Positions 8,065 through 15,671 of a stretch of DNA of 64,000 nucleotides are shown in pieces. A program made the translations under genes and the position numbers. The notes below the pieces were generated by a model. That model searched no databases and had not been told where the DNA came from. It saw nothing but the letters and a program-made list of their open reading frames with translations. Positions within the stretch are counted from its first letter, which is position 1; every line of letters starts with the position of its first letter. This DNA is from Candidatus Giovannonibacteria bacterium (GTDB lineage Bacteria; Patescibacteriota; Minisyncoccia; UBA11713; 2-01-FULL-45-33), in assembly GCA_016176295.1 (NCBI GenBank), contig JACOXN010000009.1:3798-67797 (forward strand). Direction: 5' to 3'.

Positions 8065-9138
8065 GAATTGTACAACGTTTTTTGTGGCCTTTGCCCATGC
8101 GTCCTCTTCCGGCACGTCCTCGAAAATTTCCCGGGCGGTGATTTTCGGCATCCTGACCGGCGGGAAAGTTCTCTGGAGATAATTCAGGGGTTCTTTGTAT
8201 TCGGGTTTTCCCGACTCGATTTTCATATGCAGCAGAACCGACAGTCCCATAAGGTGTTTGCGGTAAAACGGGACCGAATCCTTCGGACGATGGAACGGGT
8301 TGAACTCCGGGTTCAGTTTCATTATTGGAATTATTTCCGGCGCCCGAGTTTCGCCTTCCACTCCATGCGTGTTTAAGGGGCCATATGATTCTTCGACGTG
8401 AAAGTAGTAGTTTTCGTACGGGGTTCTGTTTTTTTCGTTCTTATCTCGGTTGGGAGAACTTTTGGCGCAAATGAGCGAGAATTTTGGAATGATATGGATA
8501 ACGCCGTTCACATTTTTCTCCGACCAGCAGGTCTGGCCGGTTTCTTCTGCATATTCGCGGGTGAGAGTTGCTGCCGCCATTCCGAAGGGTTCCCACAAGG
8601 ATTTTTCCCTGTTCCAGACCATATCCCAGACCTTGTTCTCTTTTCTGAGTTCCTCTTCGTCGAACGCGTCCCATTTTTCCATGTCGCCTGCGGGGAATCC
8701 GTATCCGTCCGGCTTTATGAATTTCCGGTTGCGGCACCAGGCCAAAAGTCCTTCCCAGCGGATGCCTTCGGGGGTTCCCGGCTGAACGTCTTTTTTGGCT
8801 TCGTTCACAATCGTTTTCCAGTCGAGAAGCGTGGGGCATTCAGCCGGGTAAGTGCTGAGAAAAATATAGACATCGTCCGGTGTCTCAACATTGAAATTCA
8901 AAAGTCGCTGGTCCATAACATATTTTACGGTCCGGTCCCATCTGAGCCAGGGGAGCTTTTCCGGGTGGCAGCCAGATTCGATGACTTCGAGCTCAAACCT
9001 TTTCCAATCGAGGAAAGACGGGCGTTCCGAGGGGTTTTCCATGAGCCATTTTTTGACCATGGTCTCGGTTTTTATGTTAAAAACAGCTAGTACTGAAGAT
9101 TCTCTTTCCAACTTTATGCCGAGAGCCATACCTTTCAT
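8056..9138 (-). CDS. hypothetical protein with two N-terminal sequence repeats and a degenerate Nudix-box-like motif
   Basis: 360-aa ORF with AAAGGAGAA upstream of the ATG. The repeats are ERPSFLDWKRFE...LPWLRWDR and ECPTLLDWKTIV...GIRWEGLLAW. The REYAEETG motif is present without a full Gx5Ex7 spacer. Confidence 0.6.
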   Translation of the reverse strand: MKGMALGIKLERESSVLAVFNIKTETMVKKWLMENPSERPSFLDWKRFELEVIESGCHPEKLPWLRWDRTVKYVMDQRLLNFNVETPDDVYIFLSTYPAECPTLLDWKTIVNEAKKDVQPGTPEGIRWEGLLAWCRNRKFIKPDGYGFPAGDMEKWDAFDEEELRKENKVWDMVWNREKSLWEPFGMAAATLTREYAEETGQTCWSEKNVNGVIHIIPKFSLICAKSSPNRDKNEKNRTPYENYYFHVEESYGPLNTHGVEGETRAPEIIPIMKLNPEFNPFHRPKDSVPFYRKHLMGLSVLLHMKIESGKPEYKEPLNYLQRTFPPVRMPKITAREIFEDVPEEDAWAKATKNVVQFNR

Positions 9139-9291
9139 TTGCGGTTCTCCTTTTTGAGTCCTTCATAAACTTCATAAATTTTTCATGTGTTCTTTTTTGA
9201 TACTACATTGAGAGCAACTTTTGTCAATACTATTTAATTTTCGGAAAATCTCGCTTTACGCAGTTTAATTTGGTATATTTTAAAATAAACC

Positions 9292-11448
9292 ATGCTATTT
9301 ACGAGACTGGAAATCAACGGATTCAAATCGTTCGCCAAAGCGGTGGAGCTTGAGTTCCCTTCGCACATCGCAGCTATCGTCGGGCCCAACGGTTCCGGCA
9401 AATCGAATGTTGCCGATTCCATTCGCTGGGTGCTGGGGGAGCAATCGATGAAAAGCCTCCGAGGTAAAAAGGGCGAGGACCTTATTTTCGGGGGTTCGCC
9501 GCACGTCCCGAGGCTGGGGAAAGCTTCGGTTTCTTTGGTGTTCAACAATAATGAAAAAGTGTTCCCGTTGGAATTCAAGGAAGTCATAATGTCGCGCACG
9601 GTTTATCGCGACGGGGTCAATGAATATAAATTGAACAACTCGCCGGTCCGCTTAAAGGACATAATTGAGCTTCTTTCCAAGGTGGGGCTCGGAGCCTCGC
9701 AGCACCATATAATTGCACAAGGTGATTCGGACAGGATACTTTATTCGTCGCCCACGGAACGAAAATCAATGATTGAGGAGGCTCTGGGACTTAAGATATT
9801 CGAACTGAAAAAAGCGGAAGCGGAGAGAAAATTGGCCTCGACCGAGGCAAACATAAAGAACGTCGAATCTTTGAGGCGCGAAATACAGCCGCATTTAAAA
9901 TACCTGAATTCACAGGCTGAAAAAATGAAGAACGCCGCGGAGCTCCGGCGATCTTTGGAAGAGCTTTCGCGGGAGTATGTGGCGCGCGAGCTTGTTTCCA
10001 TAAAGACCGAGGAGGAAGAAATAAAAAAAGCAAAAGAGCCGCTGCAGAAAAAAATGCGGGAGCTTGAGGAAGCCGTCTCGAGGAGCGAGAAGATCATGGC
10101 CGGTGACTCGGATACCAGGGCTTTTTTTGAAGAATTAAAAAAACTGGACCACGCCCGCGATGCTATTTTAAAAAGGCGCTCGGAGATCGAGCGCGAGATA
10201 GGCCGGATGGAAGGCGAGGCCGCAAGAAAAGAAAAACCCGAAGGTCCGGATACGGTTTCGAAGCAGCATTTCAGGGATGTGTTAAAAGATATTCTCTCGG
10301 ACCTCGAAACCGCGAGCAATTCGGGTTCAATGGACACTTTGCGCAATTATATATTTGAAACGGTCCAGAAAATATATTCAATACTGGAAACTTTAAGCGG
10401 AGGTGCCAAGGAGAAATCGGCGCCTTCGGCCGAGGAAACAGTACCACTCGGTAAATTTAAAGAAGAATTGAAAGCTCTTGAAGAAGAAGAAAATAATATT
10501 TTGCGTTCCAAGCGCTCATTGGAAGAGCGGCATGAGACGAGCACCGCCGCCATACAAAAGGAAGGAATTTCCTATCGGGAGTTGACCTCGGAGCTTGCGC
10601 GTGCGCGGGACGAACTGCGTTCATTGGAAGCCAGGGAGGAAAGATGGCACATCCAGAAAAATGAGCTGGAAGTCGATTTTCACGACCGGCTGGGGCGAGT
10701 GGATGCCGCGGGAGAAGTTTTTTCGCCGGCTGACAGGGCCCAGCTCCGAAGAAAAATAGAGCGCGCGCGCATTTTACTTGAAGAAGCCGGAGGAGTGGAC
10801 GAAGGAGTGATCAAGGAATACGACGAAACGGCGAAGCGCGACGAATTCCTGGCCAAAGAACTGGACGACCTGAAAAAAGCCGCATCGCAAATGGGGGAGA
10901 TGCTCCAGGAGCTGCAAAATAAGATAGAAAAAGATTTTACCGCCGGCGTTGGCGAGATTAACAAGCTTTTCTCGGAATTTTTCCATGAGATATTCGGCGG
11001 AGGAAAAGCCTCACTCAAGATAATGGAGCCGAAAAAACCTGTCAGCAAAAATGAGGATGGGGGCGAAGACTGGGAAGGCGAGGAAGAAGTTGAATCCGGA
11101 CTCGATATCATAGTCGATATCCCGCGCAAGCGCATCCGCTCTCTCAATATGCTTTCAGGGGGTGAGCGAGCGCTTACATCTATTGCCTTGCTTTTTGCTG
11201 TCTCCACCGTTAATCCGCCTCCGTTTCTGGTGCTTGATGAAACTGACGCCGCTTTGGACGAGGCGAATTCCAATCGTTACGGCTCGATGCTGAAGGAATT
11301 GTCCAAGCGCACGCAGCTAATCGTGGTGTCCCACAACCGCGAAACCATGAAGTGCGCGGACGTTCTTTACGGTGTCACAATGGGTCCTGACGGCATTTCC
11401 CGCCTGCTCTCCGTAAAATTGGAGGATGCCAGCGTCTACGCGAAATAA
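9292..11448 (+). CDS. smc: SMC-family chromosome condensation ATPase, unusually short (718 aa) with no recognisable hinge
   Basis: N-terminal head LEINGFKSFAKAVELEFPSHIAAIVGPNGSGKSNVADSIRWVLGEQSMKSLRG. C-terminal head LSGGERALTSIALLFAV...LVLDETDAALDEAN. The middle is Glu/Lys/Arg-rich coiled coil only. Confidence 0.8.
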   Translation: MLFTRLEINGFKSFAKAVELEFPSHIAAIVGPNGSGKSNVADSIRWVLGEQSMKSLRGKKGEDLIFGGSPHVPRLGKASVSLVFNNNEKVFPLEFKEVIMSRTVYRDGVNEYKLNNSPVRLKDIIELLSKVGLGASQHHIIAQGDSDRILYSSPTERKSMIEEALGLKIFELKKAEAERKLASTEANIKNVESLRREIQPHLKYLNSQAEKMKNAAELRRSLEELSREYVARELVSIKTEEEEIKKAKEPLQKKMRELEEAVSRSEKIMAGDSDTRAFFEELKKLDHARDAILKRRSEIEREIGRMEGEAARKEKPEGPDTVSKQHFRDVLKDILSDLETASNSGSMDTLRNYIFETVQKIYSILETLSGGAKEKSAPSAEETVPLGKFKEELKALEEEENNILRSKRSLEERHETSTAAIQKEGISYRELTSELARARDELRSLEAREERWHIQKNELEVDFHDRLGRVDAAGEVFSPADRAQLRRKIERARILLEEAGGVDEGVIKEYDETAKRDEFLAKELDDLKKAASQMGEMLQELQNKIEKDFTAGVGEINKLFSEFFHEIFGGGKASLKIMEPKKPVSKNEDGGEDWEGEEEVESGLDIIVDIPRKRIRSLNMLSGGERALTSIALLFAVSTVNPPPFLVLDETDAALDEANSNRYGSMLKELSKRTQLIVVSHNRETMKCADVLYGVTMGPDGISRLLSVKLEDASVYAK

Positions 11449-11451
11449 CTC

Positions 11452-11473
11452 ACTTAGCAATCCGATTGCCAAG
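11452..11473 (+). repeat. 22-nt REP-like imperfect palindrome, 5' copy flanking RAYT-1
   Basis: ACTTAGCAATCCGATTGCCAAG, with stem CTTAGCAATC/GATTGCCAAG (one A-C mismatch). It starts 4 nt after the smc stop. Confidence 0.8.
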
Positions 11474-11503
11474 TACGGGTTTCAGCCATATAATACTGAC
11501 ATT

Positions 11504-12151
11504 ATGAGAAAATTCAGATTTGTGAACGGAGAGTATTATCATATTTACAATCGGGGTGTTGAAAAGAGGATAATTTTTTCTGATCAATATGATTTTGATA
11601 GATTTTTGCAGTGTTTGAACGAGTTCAATTCGGTGAAACCTATTGGTAGTATTTTTGAGAATTCCTTTAAAAAAGGCCAACTTAGTAATAAGATTACCAA
11701 GTTGGTGGATGTTGTATGCTATTGTCTCAATCCTAATCACTATCATATAATTCTGCGCCAACGCGTTGATAATGGTATTAGTGAATTTATGCGAAGGATT
11801 GGAACCGGATTTACGCAACATTTTAATATTAAATATCGAAGAACTGGAGTACTTTTTCAAGGCAAGTTCAAAGCAAAGCACGTAGACTCAAACGAGTATT
11901 TAACGCATCTCAGTGCGTATGTGAATTTGAATAACAAAGTACATAAAATAAAGGGTGATATGGAATTCAGATCGAGTTGGAAAGAATATCTTTCGCCGTC
12001 CGATAAAACTCACAAATTATGTAGTTCCAGCCTTATTCATGATCAATTTGATACTCTAGACGAGTATAAAAACTTTTCTTTAAATTCTTTGGGCAATATT
12101 TTAAAACGAAAACAGCTATTCAAAGAAATGGAAGAACTGCTATTTGATTAA
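11504..12151 (+). CDS. REP-associated tyrosine transposase (RAYT; IS200/IS605 Y1 HUH family), copy 1
   Basis: YHIYNRGVEKR, HUH motif NPNHYHIIL, GFTQHFNIKYRRTGVLFQGKFKAKHV and catalytic Tyr in LSAYVNLN. I set the start at ATG 11504 (MRKFRF). Confidence 0.8.
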   Translation: MRKFRFVNGEYYHIYNRGVEKRIIFSDQYDFDRFLQCLNEFNSVKPIGSIFENSFKKGQLSNKITKLVDVVCYCLNPNHYHIILRQRVDNGISEFMRRIGTGFTQHFNIKYRRTGVLFQGKFKAKHVDSNEYLTHLSAYVNLNNKVHKIKGDMEFRSSWKEYLSPSDKTHKLCSSSLIHDQFDTLDEYKNFSLNSLGNILKRKQLFKEMEELLFD

Positions 12152-12172
12152 CTTAGCAATCCGATTGCCAAG
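12151..12172 (+). repeat. 22-nt REP-like imperfect palindrome, 3' copy flanking RAYT-1
   Basis: Identical 22-mer ACTTAGCAATCCGATTGCCAAG in the same orientation. It overlaps the RAYT-1 stop codon. Confidence 0.8.
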
Positions 12173-12189
12173 CGGATGAAATAAAAAAC

Positions 12190-12576
12190 CTACCGGGATT
12201 TTCCCGATAGGAATTTGATTATTTCTGCGTCGGCGGCATATACGCTGATGCCTATGCTGTTTTGCGTTACATAGAATTTGCTTCTGGCGATAAGAGGAAT
12301 GTCTTGAAATTGCGCCTGAAGAACGGCTGATTTTAATTCCGGATTTTTAAGTATTTTTTCCAGAAACATTCCGCATTCCGACATGTCTTTGCATATAACT
12401 CCGAAATCCTCGGCTGCCCGCGCGATTTCGGTCTCCCGTTTATACGCATTCGCGGCTTTATCTCTGTCCTCCATGACCCTCTCTATGGCTGAGCCCTGAA
12501 AGTTGGGGGCGTATTTTTCCGGCGCGGATAGCCACCAGATGAGCGTGAGAAAGAAAATACCACAAGAAACAACCAC
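12190..12576 (-). CDS. hypothetical membrane-anchored protein (128 aa)
   Basis: ORF with an N-terminal hydrophobic helix (VVSCGIFFLTLIWWL). I recognise no family. Confidence 0.45.
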   Translation of the reverse strand: MVVSCGIFFLTLIWWLSAPEKYAPNFQGSAIERVMEDRDKAANAYKRETEIARAAEDFGVICKDMSECGMFLEKILKNPELKSAVLQAQFQDIPLIARSKFYVTQNSIGISVYAADAEIIKFLSGKSR

Positions 12577-12627
12577 TAATGCTATTTTAAGTCAAGATTA
12601 ACGGCCAAAAGTAAAATAAAAGTTTTT

Positions 12628-13767
12628 GTGGCAATGTCGGGCGGGGTCGATTCCTCGGTCGCGGCATTGCTTATGAAAGAAGAGGGATACGACGTGACGG
12701 GAGCTCATATGCTCTGCTGGGACGGGTGTGAAGATAACGCGGATAAGCGGGATGCGATGCGGGTATGCGCAAAGATTGGCATACCTTTTAAAGTTTTCGA
12801 TTTCAAAAAAGAATACCGCGAGAAAGTTTTTGACTATATGGTGCGGGAATATAAATCCGGGCGCACACCCAATCCGGACGTCATGTGCAATTCGGAAATA
12901 AAATTCGGCATTTTTTTAAAGAACGCTTTGGAAGCGGGAGCAGATTACATTGCGACTGGACATTATGTTCGGCGCCGGCCTCATTTACTTTCTCAAACCG
13001 ATAATTCGTCAGCTCCTGTGGCTGCCGATTATCTGCATTCTCGCCCCGAAAACTTTCGCTTTGCGAAAGACCAAGCTTTTCGGGGCTGCGAAAGCTTTTC
13101 GAAAGCAAATGAGACCGTTGCCTTGATTTCTGCAATGGACACGGCTAAAGACCAGAGTTATTTTTTGTGGACTCTCACCCAGAACCAGCTCAAGCGCGCG
13201 CTTTTTCCAATCGGGGAATATTTGAAGAGCGAAGTGCGTTTGATGGCAAAAAAAGCGGGGCTCTCCACGGCCGGGAAAAAAGATTCTCAAGGGCTTTGCT
13301 TCGTGGGCAAGGTTGATTTCGGCGAGTTTCTGCGACAATCATTGCCGCAGTTAAAAGGCGATATCATGGATTCCTCCGGGAAAAAATTGGGGGAGCACGA
13401 CGGCGCGCATTTTTTTACTTTGGGTCAGCGTCACGGCCTGAATATCGGCGGCAGCGCGCAACCGCTCTACATTGCCGAAAGAAATGTTGCGGCCAATACA
13501 TTAGTCGTGGCGCGCGGCGATGCCGATCCTATTTTGTACAGGAAGGAACTTGTTGCGGAAAATATTAATTGGATTTCCGGAGTGCCGGAGTTTCCGTTAA
13601 CTTGTAGGGCCAGAATAAGATATCGCCAGCTTCTGCAAAAATGCGAACTTGCGCAAAATGGAGAAGTTATATTCGAAATTCCTCAGCGCGCTGTTGCTCC
13701 TGGGCAGTCAATAGTCTTCTATTCTGATTTTGCCGAAATGCTGGGCGGCGGTATAATAAAAGAATGA
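12628..13767 (+). CDS. mnmA: tRNA 2-thiouridine(34) synthase MnmA, with a ~46-codon insertion
   Basis: PP-loop AMSGGVDSSVAA, TGHYVRR, KDQSYFLW and GKKDSQGLCF. Extra segment at nt 12979-13116. Confidence 0.85.
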   Translation: MAMSGGVDSSVAALLMKEEGYDVTGAHMLCWDGCEDNADKRDAMRVCAKIGIPFKVFDFKKEYREKVFDYMVREYKSGRTPNPDVMCNSEIKFGIFLKNALEAGADYIATGHYVRRRPHLLSQTDNSSAPVAADYLHSRPENFRFAKDQAFRGCESFSKANETVALISAMDTAKDQSYFLWTLTQNQLKRALFPIGEYLKSEVRLMAKKAGLSTAGKKDSQGLCFVGKVDFGEFLRQSLPQLKGDIMDSSGKKLGEHDGAHFFTLGQRHGLNIGGSAQPLYIAERNVAANTLVVARGDADPILYRKELVAENINWISGVPEFPLTCRARIRYRQLLQKCELAQNGEVIFEIPQRAVAPGQSIVFYSDFAEMLGGGIIKE

Positions 13768-14477
13768 TCGCGCCGTATACATTGGCTTTGCATGGGGTGA
13801 TGGCAGGACTTTGTCTGGGCAGTTTAATTTATCTTTTTTATAAAAAAAAAGATTCCAACAGCAAAATATATAAAAATTATTTCAATTGGTTCTTACTTTT
13901 CTTTTTGTACAATGCGGCCCTGATAACACCTCTTCTGGTTTTTAAAGAGGTTTTTGCGGCATCGGCGTATTTTTATCTTTTGGCGCTGCTTTTTCTTGGT
14001 ATAGCATGTTGGAATGCATTCAAAGTAGGTGTATCTCTTTTACTGCATGACAAACGGTTGGAAAAATTTTGGAGCGGAGCATATATTATAGGTATTATCG
14101 GCAGCGTATTTTTGCAGTTCTTATTTTTTGAAATTCCATTGATCGCTCCCGGCGGGAAGTGGATTTTTTGGTATTCAAATAACATCGCCTATTTTTATAT
14201 TTTTTTCATGTTTGTTGCCGGGTGGACTTTTGCGGCGGCTTTTATTGTCGGATTTAAAAATTTAGGATCTCTGCAGCTTAAAATAAAGGCGCTCGCGCTT
14301 TTCGGCGCAGGGGCGGTGCTGCCTTTTGCCGCGTTCTATTATTTCAGGGCGGTGAGAATTGAACACGTATATCTGGCGTTTTTCTTCTCGATATTAGGAT
14401 TGGTATTTTTTCTGGCGGGGAATCTGGTCGGGCTTTTCAAGCGGAGGGTAGTTAGCGAACTGACAATAAAATCATGA
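13764..14477 (+). CDS. polytopic membrane protein, paralogue A
   Basis: 237 aa with multiple hydrophobic helices. It begins MIAPYT, and its start overlaps the mnmA stop (ATGA). Confidence 0.6.
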   Translation: MIAPYTLALHGVMAGLCLGSLIYLFYKKKDSNSKIYKNYFNWFLLFFLYNAALITPLLVFKEVFAASAYFYLLALLFLGIACWNAFKVGVSLLLHDKRLEKFWSGAYIIGIIGSVFLQFLFFEIPLIAPGGKWIFWYSNNIAYFYIFFMFVAGWTFAAAFIVGFKNLGSLQLKIKALALFGAGAVLPFAAFYYFRAVRIEHVYLAFFFSILGLVFFLAGNLVGLFKRRVVSELTIKS

Positions 14478-15163
14478 TCGCGCCTTACACGATTTTCTTT
14501 CACGGCATTCTCGGCGTCTTGAGCCTTGTAGTGTTCTTTTATTCTGAAATATTTTTCAGAGAGCGCACGCATAAATCCCAGCTGTCGCATGACTTGGGCT
14601 TTTTCTTTTTATTATATGCTTTATATAATCTTTCGGTTCTGTTGCCGCTCCTCTTTGGCGCGGACAAATACTTTTGGAACATCGGGCTTGCCATAGGATT
14701 CTTTTTCATTTTCTGGGGGTTTGCGTATCTCATCAAGATACCGCTGGGGTTGCTTTTTCCCGGCAAACCGGGCATTTCAGGATTCGTTTCGGCATTTTAT
14801 TTTATTTTTGGAGCTGCCGTATCGGCACTGTATCTGTATTTTCCCAACAGCAACTTTATTGCGGAAGGGTTCGTCGTCTGGAAAGGGAGCCAGCCCGCCG
14901 TGCTTCTCAACCAGATCGGTCAAATTTCCTTGGCCTGGATTTTCGCCTTGGCATTCCTGTCGGGAGCAATAAAAGTGAAGGATAATCCGTTCATAAAATG
15001 GCGGAGCTTTCTTTTTGCGCTTGCCGCGATTGTTTTTTCGGGTTCGTCTTATTTTTATTTTGCCGGGACGGTGCAGGCGGTAGAATGGGCTTTCATCTGC
15101 GCGATCAGCGGCGGCGTAATATCGGTTTTTGCTGTCGTGGTTTTGGGCCTGTTTAAATCCTGA
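14474..15163 (+). CDS. polytopic membrane protein, paralogue B (tandem duplicate)
   Basis: 229 aa. It begins MIAPYT and shares the 11-nt start ATGATCGCGCC with paralogue A. ATGA overlap. Confidence 0.6.
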   Translation: MIAPYTIFFHGILGVLSLVVFFYSEIFFRERTHKSQLSHDLGFFFLLYALYNLSVLLPLLFGADKYFWNIGLAIGFFFIFWGFAYLIKIPLGLLFPGKPGISGFVSAFYFIFGAAVSALYLYFPNSNFIAEGFVVWKGSQPAVLLNQIGQISLAWIFALAFLSGAIKVKDNPFIKWRSFLFALAAIVFSGSSYFYFAGTVQAVEWAFICAISGGVISVFAVVVLGLFKS

Positions 15164-15265
15164 CAGTGGTTTGATTTTGTGAAAAAAGTTGCCTCCGAAA
15201 TCTGCATAATATTGCATTTTTTTCTGTTTTGTGTTATTAATTTTTCAGATGAAAAGGAGGTATAT

Positions 15266-15616
15266 ATGTCCTATGAAATAGATTCCAGGGGGCTTGAGAA
15301 CCTTTTTGGCGAAATGTTTTCCTCCGAGCCCACAGTGAAGGAACAATTTGAGCGAGTTAATTTTCGGATTGGCAGTGTGATTGAGCCGGAGCGTAAATTG
15401 ATGCTTGCGTTGCTTGGAGACGCATTTGGAGTTTTGGAAAGATTTTGCCGAAGCGGCGGCAAAAAGAATAAAAAACTTTTTGCTGAAGAATTGCAATGGA
15501 TAAAAGACGAAACGGAAGAGGACTACATTTATACGTTCACCAATATCTGCGAGACGCTTGGGTTTGCTCCATCTTGCGTAAGAAAAGGTATTTTAGCGTT
15601 TCTAGAAAAATCATGA
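15266..15616 (+). CDS. hypothetical cytoplasmic protein (116 aa)
   Basis: AAAAGGAGG lies 5 nt before ATG 15266, and a terminator follows the gene. I rejected the longer ORF from 15179. Confidence 0.55.
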   Translation: MSYEIDSRGLENLFGEMFSSEPTVKEQFERVNFRIGSVIEPERKLMLALLGDAFGVLERFCRSGGKKNKKLFAEELQWIKDETEEDYIYTFTNICETLGFAPSCVRKGILAFLEKS

Positions 15617-15645
15617 GTCCCACTATAGCGGGCTCTTTTTATTTT
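15615..15645 (+). terminator. intrinsic terminator
   Basis: GAG(T)CCC...GGGCTC stem followed by TTTTTATTTT. Confidence 0.5.
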
Positions 15646-15671
15646 AGGATTTTTAAGGTAAAATCTCACTG

